Shown piece by piece: positions 26,008 to 32,000 of a DNA stretch of 32,000 nt (position 1 is its first letter; the number at the start of each line of letters is the position of its first letter). The notes under the pieces were generated by a model. That model was not told the DNA's origin and made no database searches. It saw only the letters and a program-made list of their open reading frames with translations. The stretch lies in NCBI RefSeq assembly GCF_000009045.1, contig NC_000964.3, positions 1,140,001 through 1,172,000 of the forward strand. The letters are read 5' to 3'. A program made the position numbers and the translations under genes. The stretch comes from Bacillus subtilis subsp. subtilis str. 168. Lineage in GTDB: Bacteria; Bacillota; Bacilli; Bacillales; Bacillaceae.

Positions 26008-26619
26008 TCAATTGCAAAAGAGTGACACCCCAAAATATCCTGCCGCTGCCCACATTACCGCTGCAGAGCATTTGTTTACGATCAGCATAAGCCTGCCGCT
26101 CGTATCTATCGTCTGAAACAACCGGCCCGCTATTGCAAGGCTGATGAACCAAATCCAAGACACAGCGATGCAGGCGGCCATAAAGAGCCATTTCTCAAGC
26201 CCCGAATATTGAAGAGAGCTCGTGCCGATGACGCCGATCGTGTCCAGAATGGCATGCGGGTTTAAAAGAGAAACAGCGGCCGCAAACGCAGCTTGCTTTT
26301 TTGGTGTGAACGTATGTTTCTCATTTTGGCTTGTGTTCGGACGGATGTTCCAAGTCACCCAGCCCATATAAAGCAAAAATAAAAATCCGCCGGCCATCAT
26401 GACTGTCTCAAACACAGGCAGCTCCTGCACAATGACAGACACGCCCGCAACGGCTAATACAATTAACAAGGTATCGCAGACTGAAGCACTGATGACAGCT
26501 GGGAGAGCCCGCCAAATATGCTTTTGCAACGCGCCTTGCTGAAAAATAAACACATTCTGCACTCCCAGCGGCAAAATTAAGCCAAACGCGAGCACAATTC
26601 CGTGAATGATTGCATTCAT
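26008..26619 (-). CDS. yisU: LysE/ArgO-family amino-acid exporter
   Basis: The ATG at 26619 ([26 protein letters not shown]...) has SD AAAGGAG 10 nt upstream. The 69-codon extension in the ORF track runs across the yisV promoter and start and is rejected. Confidence 0.88.
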
Positions 26620-26683
26620 GCTGAAAAAGCTCCTTTCACATTTTTTTTCAATCATAAGAGAGATTGTCACTAAAGTCTCCAGC

Positions 26684-26719
26684 CATTTGGTTGGGTTAGG
26701 AACCAGCCAAATGTATAAT
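26684..26719 (+). promoter_or_regulatory. Candidate yisV promoter overlapped by an 11-bp inverted repeat (candidate MocR operator)
   Basis: -35 TTGGGT (26691-26696), a 17-nt spacer, then -10 TATAAT (26714-26719). Inverted repeat CATTTGGTTGG (26684-26694) / N8 / CCAGCCAAATG (26703-26713) matches 10/11. Also a direct repeat CCAGCCA at 26679 and 26703. Confidence 0.45.
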
Positions 26720-26736
26720 GTGTAAAAAAGGGGGGC

Positions 26737-28191
26737 ATGACCTTGTCGCAATGGCAGCCAAGCCGAAAGTCGGATGTTCCGCTGCATCGGCAGATCGAAC
26801 AATATATGAAAGACAAGATTCTTCACGGAGAGTGGGCTGTAGGGACGAAAATCCCCTCACAGAGAACGCTGGCCGACATGTTTCAAGTCAACCGCAGCAC
26901 AGTCACAGCAGCCATAGATGAACTCACGTCTCAAGGCTTGTTAGAGGGAAGAAAAGGCGGCGGTACGAAGGTTGTAAACAGTACTTGGAGCGTGCTGACG
27001 GCTGAGCCTCCGCTTGATTGGAGCGATTACGTCCGTTCGGGCATTCATCGCGCCAATTCTTCCATCATTCAAGCTATTAATCAGAACGAACCAAGAGCGG
27101 ATATCATCAGATTAGGAACTGGAGAACTTTCACCGGATCTTGTGCCTGCTGACACAATTGGACGGATGTTTCAGCAAATCAATCCGGGCGTCCTGTCTTT
27201 AGGATATGAGCAGCCGAAAGGAAACCGTCAGCTGCGGGAGGCAGTGGCCGACCATTTAAAAGGAAAGAAGATCCATGTGTCACCGTCTGCAATTTTAATT
27301 GTGTCCGGTGCACTTCAGGCACTTCAGCTCATCTCAATTGGACTTTTAAAACGAGATTCTGTCATTTTGACGGAGAAGCCGTCCTACCTTCAATCCTTGC
27401 ATGTATTTCAATCAGCTGGGATGCGGCTTCGCGGCTTGCCGATGGATGATGAAGGGGTCAAAGCGGGGCTTGTTTCTTCTAATCGAAAACAATATGGAGG
27501 ACAGCTGCTTTACACGATTCCGTCGTTTCATAATCCGACAGGCACAGTCATGTCAGAGCAGCGAAGGAAAGAGATCATCAGCCTGTCAAAAAAAGAGCAG
27601 ATGCCCATCATTGAGGATGATGCGTACGGTGATTTATGGTTTGAAGAAAAACCGCCGCAGCCGTTGAAAGCAATGGATCATGAGGGCAATATTCTGTATC
27701 TGGGCGCGTTTTCAAAAACGGTTAGCCCCGGTCTGCGAATCGGCTGGCTTGCCGGTCCGGAGCCGGTTATTGAAAGGCTGGCGGACATTAAAATGCAGAC
27801 AGACTACGGATCAAGCGGCCTGTCCCAGTGGGCGGCTGCCGAGTGGCTGTCACAGGGATATTATGAAGAGCATCTGACTTGGGTACGCAGGAAGCTTAAA
27901 GAAAGGAGAGACGCCGCCGTTCATTTTCTCGAGCGGTATGCCGGGGACATTGCCACGTGGCGGATTCCCGCAGGCGGCTTTTATATTTGGGTGACATTTC
28001 ACAAAAACCTGCCTGTCAGCCGTTTCTTTTATGAATTGCTGAAACGGCAGGTGCTTGTGAATCCCGGCTATATTTATGACGGTGAAGACCGAAACAGCAT
28101 CAGGCTGTCATATTCCTATGCATCTCTTGGAGATTTGGAAACTGGCATTAAAGCGGCAGCTGAAACAGCACGCCGCCTGATGATGTCCTAG
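26737..28191 (+). CDS. yisV: MocR/GabR-type regulator (GntR wHTH fused to a fold-type-I aminotransferase-like PLP domain)
   Basis: N-terminal wHTH PSQRTLADMFQVNRSTVTAAIDELTSQGLL. The C-terminal aminotransferase domain carries a PLP-lysine context, LGAFSKTVSPGLRIGWL. The start is uncertain: the ATG at 26737 is only 1 nt from the G-run SD, and the TTG at 26743 is an alternative. Confidence 0.9.
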   Translation: MTLSQWQPSRKSDVPLHRQIEQYMKDKILHGEWAVGTKIPSQRTLADMFQVNRSTVTAAIDELTSQGLLEGRKGGGTKVVNSTWSVLTAEPPLDWSDYVRSGIHRANSSIIQAINQNEPRADIIRLGTGELSPDLVPADTIGRMFQQINPGVLSLGYEQPKGNRQLREAVADHLKGKKIHVSPSAILIVSGALQALQLISIGLLKRDSVILTEKPSYLQSLHVFQSAGMRLRGLPMDDEGVKAGLVSSNRKQYGGQLLYTIPSFHNPTGTVMSEQRRKEIISLSKKEQMPIIEDDAYGDLWFEEKPPQPLKAMDHEGNILYLGAFSKTVSPGLRIGWLAGPEPVIERLADIKMQTDYGSSGLSQWAAAEWLSQGYYEEHLTWVRRKLKERRDAAVHFLERYAGDIATWRIPAGGFYIWVTFHKNLPVSRFFYELLKRQVLVNPGYIYDGEDRNSIRLSYSYASLGDLETGIKAAAETARRLMMS

Positions 28192-28198
28192 GCTTTGG

Positions 28199-28837
28199 TT
28201 ATACGATGACAGCTCCCAGTGCCCTGGCGAAGGCAATCGCGTGCTCAGGTGCGATTTTGCAGCCTTTCAATTTGTCGAGGGAGACATGAAGCTGTTCAAA
28301 ACGGCACGTGCTGATGTCCATGTTTTGAAGGGACGTGCCGGTAAAGCTGGCGCCTTCCAATTCGCATCCGTCAAAGTGTGTCTGCTGGAGCACCGTATCG
28401 CTGCATTCACTTTGCATAAGAGCACAGTGATCAAATCGAACTTGTTTCATATTTGAGTACGAAAATGAGCTGAAATGTCCGTGGCATTCCTCGAATGAAA
28501 CATTCCGCAGCGTTGCTTCCGCCACATTCATTCCAACCATTTTTGACTGCTTAACTGAAGTTCTGTGAATGACAGCCCCGCTGAAATCGGCGTTTGATAA
28601 ATCGCATTTTTCAAAGATCACATCGGTCAGTTCAATATGCCGAAAAGACACATCGATAAAGACGACATTTCTGAATACCGTTTTTTCAACACATAGTCTT
28701 TCGATATCTTCGCCGCAGATGGTGCAATCTTCAAACAAATGCATGCTGATTACATCATCCTGTGTCACGGCATCATGAAAATCTGCGGTTTGCAGGTTTT
28801 CCGGTATGTTCGGTTTTTGAATTGCGATTTTATTCAT
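28199..28837 (-). CDS. yisX: Pentapeptide-repeat protein (Qnr/MfpA-like size and architecture)
   Basis: 212 aa, with about 25 consecutive A(D/N)LxX-type pentapeptides (e.g. CDLSNADFSGAVIHRTSVKQSKMVGMNVAEATLRNVSFEEC). SD AAAGGATG 7 nt upstream. Confidence 0.9.
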   Translation of the reverse strand: MNKIAIQKPNIPENLQTADFHDAVTQDDVISMHLFEDCTICGEDIERLCVEKTVFRNVVFIDVSFRHIELTDVIFEKCDLSNADFSGAVIHRTSVKQSKMVGMNVAEATLRNVSFEECHGHFSSFSYSNMKQVRFDHCALMQSECSDTVLQQTHFDGCELEGASFTGTSLQNMDISTCRFEQLHVSLDKLKGCKIAPEHAIAFARALGAVIV

Positions 28838-29042
28838 GTGATGACATCCTTTGCTGCCCGAAAAACAGAGGCTTCCGGGTTCAATTTAATAGATCGTTAA
28901 GGAAATTGATACATATAGTAAATCGTGAAGAGCCTTTTCTTGGTACAGCAGCCCGCTTGTTTTGTAAGCATAAATGGAAAGCTTCCTATACGTCAAGGCG
29001 TTTACAGGCCGAAAAAGCCAAAGGGAACAGGAGGAATGCGGA

Positions 29043-29849
29043 ATGGGGCATTACATCAAAACCGAGGAGCATGTGACACTGTTTGTAGAGGATATCGGAC
29101 ATGGAAGGCCGATCATCTTTTTGCACGGGTGGCCGTTGAATCATAAGATGTTTGAATATCAAATGAATGAGCTTCCGAAAAGGGGATTTCGTTTTATCGG
29201 CGTTGATTTGCGGGGATATGGGCAATCTGACCGCCCTTGGGAAGGCTACGATTATGACACGATGGCCGATGATGTGAAAGCAGTCATTTATACGCTGCAG
29301 CTTGAGAATGCGATTCTTGCCGGTTTTTCAATGGGCGGCGCAATTGCAATCCGTTATATGGCAAGGCATGAAGGAGCCGATGTTGATAAGCTGATTTTAC
29401 TGTCTGCGGCGGCCCCCGCGTTTACAAAACGCCCGGGTTATCCGTACGGGATGAGGAAGCAGGATATTGACGATATGATTGAATTGTTCAAAGCTGATCG
29501 GCCCAAAACACTGGCTGATTTAGGGAAACAGTTTTTTGAGAAAAAAGTGTCTCCAGAGCTTAGGCAGTGGTTTCTCAATCTGATGCTGGAGGCTTCCTCC
29601 TACGGGACGATCCACTCGGGCATCGCATTAAGAGACGAAGATCTCAGAAAGGAACTTGCTGCAATCAAGGTGCCGACGCTGATCCTGCACGGGAGAAAGG
29701 ATAGAATTGCGCCGTTTGATTTTGCGAAAGAATTGAAGCGCGGCATCAAACAGTCGGAATTGGTTCCGTTTGCAAACAGCGGGCACGGAGCATTTTATGA
29801 GGAAAAAGAGAAGATCAACAGTTTGATTGCGCAGTTCTCCAACTCATAA
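29043..29849 (+). CDS. yisY: Alpha/beta-hydrolase (non-haem haloperoxidase/perhydrolase-like esterase family)
   Basis: The ATG at 29043 is 8 nt after AGGAGG (MGHYIKTEEH...). The ORF-track start at 28974 has no SD. HGWP oxyanion motif, nucleophile elbow GFSMGG, C-terminal SGHGAF. Confidence 0.9.
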   Translation: MGHYIKTEEHVTLFVEDIGHGRPIIFLHGWPLNHKMFEYQMNELPKRGFRFIGVDLRGYGQSDRPWEGYDYDTMADDVKAVIYTLQLENAILAGFSMGGAIAIRYMARHEGADVDKLILLSAAAPAFTKRPGYPYGMRKQDIDDMIELFKADRPKTLADLGKQFFEKKVSPELRQWFLNLMLEASSYGTIHSGIALRDEDLRKELAAIKVPTLILHGRKDRIAPFDFAKELKRGIKQSELVPFANSGHGAFYEEKEKINSLIAQFSNS

Positions 29850-29880
29850 GAAAAAACCCGACATTGATCGGGTTTTTTAT
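29850..29880. terminator. Bidirectional terminator shared by yisY (+) and yisZ (-)
   Basis: AAAAAACCCGA-CATTGA-TCGGGTTTTTT. The yisZ stop (29877-29879) lies in the T-tract. Confidence 0.85.
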
Positions 29881-30476
29881 ATAATTCCTCTGTTTTGCAG
29901 TGCGTTAATGATGAGATCAGCTCCATCGGAAATAGAGGTCTGGTCAGACTCAATGATGAAATCGGGTGAAAGCGGCGCTTCATACGGAGAATCGATCCCG
30001 GTGAAATGTTTGATCTCTCCGTTTCGCGCTTTTTTATAAAGCCCTTTTGGATCGCGCTGTTCACAAACATGCAGCGGGCACTTCACATAAATTTCGAAGA
30101 ACTCACCTTTAGGAAAGAGCGCTCTAACCATGTCCCGATCCTCTCTGAATGGAGAAATAAAAGCCGTTAAAATCATTTGCCCGCTGTCGACAAACAGCTT
30201 CGCCACTTCTCCGATCCGGCGGATGTTTTCAATCCTGTCACCAGTCTGAAATCCAAGATCTTTGTTTAAGCCGTGGCGGATATTATCACCGTCAAGCACG
30301 TAGCTCTGAATGCCCTTGCGGTAAAGCTTTTCATCGACAGCATTGGCCAGCACCGATTTTCCGGAGCCGGACAAACCTGTAAACCAAAGGACGCAGCTTT
30401 TGTGTCCGTTTAAGGACTGTCTGTCAGACTTTGAGATGGCAGCGGGATGCCAAATGATGTTCGGATTGTGTGTCAT
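29877..30476 (-). CDS. yisZ: Adenylylsulfate (APS) kinase, CysC paralog
   Basis: P-loop GLSGSGKS plus [17 protein letters not shown] 4-nt ATGA overlap joins it to the yitA stop. Confidence 0.93.
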   Translation of the reverse strand: MTHNPNIIWHPAAISKSDRQSLNGHKSCVLWFTGLSGSGKSVLANAVDEKLYRKGIQSYVLDGDNIRHGLNKDLGFQTGDRIENIRRIGEVAKLFVDSGQMILTAFISPFREDRDMVRALFPKGEFFEIYVKCPLHVCEQRDPKGLYKKARNGEIKHFTGIDSPYEAPLSPDFIIESDQTSISDGADLIINALQNRGII

Positions 30477-31642
30477 TGCAATTCCCCGCTGTTTTGCTTG
30501 ATGGCAACAGGCTGTTGGTGAAGTCCCTTGATCAGCACGGCTGCGACCTCAGGCCGGCTGAATTCTTTAGGCGGCTTTTTGCCTTGGCGGAGAAGCTCTC
30601 TCACTTTTGTGCCTGATAAGTGGATGTGGTCTCTCGGGCTGTGCGGACATGTTTTGGAGGTGCCCATGTTTCCGCATTTTCGGCAATAAAAGCTGTGCTC
30701 AAAAAACAGCGGCTTGATGCCCAGCTCTTCCTCTGTGAATGATTGAAAAATATTTTGGGCGTCGTATGTTCCATAGTAGCTGCCGACACCCGCGTGATCA
30801 CGGCCTACAATAAAATGGGTACAGCCGTAATTTTTTCGGACGAGCGCATGGAAAATCGCTTCCCGCGGACCTGCATAACGCATGGCGGCAGGGAAAACCG
30901 ATAACATGACACGATCCTTTGGATAATAGTGATTAAGCAAAGCCTGGTAGCTCTCCATTCTGATATCGCTGGGGATATCGTCTGACTTTGTTTCTCCGAC
31001 AAGTGGGTGAAGCAGCAGACCGTCGACCGTTTCTAACGCTGTTTTTTGAATGTATTCATGCGCTCTGTGAACAGGGTTCCTGGTTTGAAAGCCGACAATC
31101 GTCTTCCAGCCGAGTTTTTGAAAGGCCGCTCTTGTTTCAGCGGGCGTTGCATAAAACTGTTCGAAAGATTTGTCAGGCAGGCTGCTGACCGTGATAGGCC
31201 CTCCGATATAGTAATCCGGGCGCGCCAGCAATTTTTTTACGCCTGGGTGGGCAGGATCGTTTGTTTTAAAAACAGACAGTGCTTCTTGTGTTTTATCAGG
31301 CTGGTATATATCGGTGACTGTGATCATGCCGTAGGTAACACCGTCTTTCACAAGCTTGACGTGATCTCCGGCAGACAGCTGTCTTGCTGTTTTTTCTCCG
31401 ACAGGCAGCGTAATCGGCAGGCTCCACGGCAAGCCGTTTGCCAGCCTCATCTCTTTCACAACGGAATGATAATCTTTTTCTCCCAAAAAACCTGTTAACG
31501 GGCTGTAGCCGCCGATCGCAATAAGCTCCAGATCACTCAGTGCAAGCTGATCCAGCTCTGCTTGGCACGCGCACCCTTCAAAATGGCATGCGGGATCACA
31601 GCGGTTGATTAATACCCCTCCGTGGGGTTCGTTTCCATTCAA
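30473..31642 (-). CDS. yitA: Sulfate adenylyltransferase (ATP sulfurylase), Sat paralog
   Basis: [11 protein letters not shown] and VGRDHAGVG motifs. C-terminal [15 protein letters not shown] (Cys3-His metal-site pattern). The TTG at 31642 is 9 nt after GGAGG; the ORF-track TTG at 31651 abuts the SD. Confidence 0.92.
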   Translation of the reverse strand: MNGNEPHGGVLINRCDPACHFEGCACQAELDQLALSDLELIAIGGYSPLTGFLGEKDYHSVVKEMRLANGLPWSLPITLPVGEKTARQLSAGDHVKLVKDGVTYGMITVTDIYQPDKTQEALSVFKTNDPAHPGVKKLLARPDYYIGGPITVSSLPDKSFEQFYATPAETRAAFQKLGWKTIVGFQTRNPVHRAHEYIQKTALETVDGLLLHPLVGETKSDDIPSDIRMESYQALLNHYYPKDRVMLSVFPAAMRYAGPREAIFHALVRKNYGCTHFIVGRDHAGVGSYYGTYDAQNIFQSFTEEELGIKPLFFEHSFYCRKCGNMGTSKTCPHSPRDHIHLSGTKVRELLRQGKKPPKEFSRPEVAAVLIKGLHQQPVAIKQNSGELQ

Positions 31643-31754
31643 CGTGTTCAACCTCCATTTATACGTTTCCTTGTTTTCTTTTCTGCACTTAATGAAAGTT
31701 TGACATCAGCGCCTTAACATCATTTCGATTCTCACATCAAGAACCTGCCATCCG

Positions 31755-32000
31755 CTATTCTTGATGCAGGCCGCATTCTGTTTTCTCCCGTCCGGCCCAT
31801 CTTCCAGCCCTCTCATCGTTCGGGTCCGGGGAAGGCAGTGTACACATTTCACAGCCTATGCTCGGATAATGTTGATCGTGCAGTTTGTTATAAGGCAAAT
31901 TGTGCAGGCGGATGTACGTCCAAACGTCATCCCATGTCCAGTGGATAAGCGGGCAAATTTTGATGAGCTCAAACTTCTGGTCCAGGTTTACGTATTGAAT
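31755..32000 (-). CDS. yitB: (P)APS reductase CysH paralog, C-terminal 81 codons only (5' end beyond the window)
   Basis: Hand translation of the minus strand gives [81 protein letters not shown]. It has the CxxC (CEMC) and the catalytic ECGLH motif. It is not in the ORF track because no Met-initiated stretch of 60 aa or more lies inside the window. Confidence 0.9.
   Translation of the reverse strand: MQYVNLDQKFELIKICPLIHWTWDDVWTYIRLHNLPYNKLHDQHYPSIGCEMCTLPSPDPNDERAGRWAGREKTECGLHQE

Noticed and set aside
26620-26826. A 69-codon N-terminal extension of yisU in the ORF track (start at 26826).
   Set aside because: It would read through the yisV promoter, SD and first 30 codons on the opposite strand. 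The internal ATG at 26619 has a canonical SD and begins exactly at the first LysE transmembrane helix.
1-32000. A scan for CRISPR arrays, rRNA/tRNA genes, IS elements or transposases, integrases, toxin-antitoxin pairs and known defence-system signatures.
   Set aside because: I recognised none. All large ORFs correspond to known B. subtilis core or sporulation genes, and the only repeated DNA elements found are short operator-like repeats and terminator hairpins. SbcCD here sits in its housekeeping addBA context, not in a defence-island context.

Overview
The window matches, gene for gene, the Bacillus subtilis 168-type chromosome from addA (5'-truncated) to yitB (5'-truncated). I read 31 protein-coding genes. 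They cover DNA-end processing (addA, sbcD, sbcC, the HNH ORF yisB), the gerPA-F spore germination operon and the Spo0E-family phosphatase yisI. Next come the CotH-like yisJ, the FAH-family yisK, the membrane protein yisL, the cell-wall protease wprA, yisN and the sporulation asparagine synthetase asnO. Further on are DinB-family yizA and yisT, the squalene-synthase-fold phosphatase yisP and the MATE exporter yisQ. Then follow the yisR(AraC)-degA/iolQ(LacI)-iolX(yisS) inositol module and the LysE exporter yisU divergent from the MocR regulator yisV. The window ends with the pentapeptide-repeat yisX, the alpha/beta hydrolase yisY and a second sulfate-activation operon, yitB-yitA-yisZ. Two real genes fall below the ORF-track cutoff and were found by hand translation: gerPD (58 aa) and yisI (56 aa). 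About ten ORF-track N-termini look over-extended, because the Shine-Dalgarno spacing supports a downstream start. I saw no rRNA, tRNA, CRISPR array, transposase or prophage signature. This is mostly ordinary, well-studied core and sporulation genome, and I cannot point to a clearly novel multi-gene system. The items most worth follow-up are: (1) the uncharacterised HNH nuclease cistron attached to sbcDC; (2) the yisV-yisUT divergon, with a 10/11 inverted repeat over the yisV promoter; (3) the iolX leader, with two 18-bp operator-like repeats flanking a hairpin plus T7; (4) the Qnr-like yisX; (5) the paralogous sulfate-activation operon, including a paralog-specific Cys cluster in YitA; (6) an AT-rich islet carrying yizA. 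All coordinates and motifs were read by eye; no searches or computations were run.
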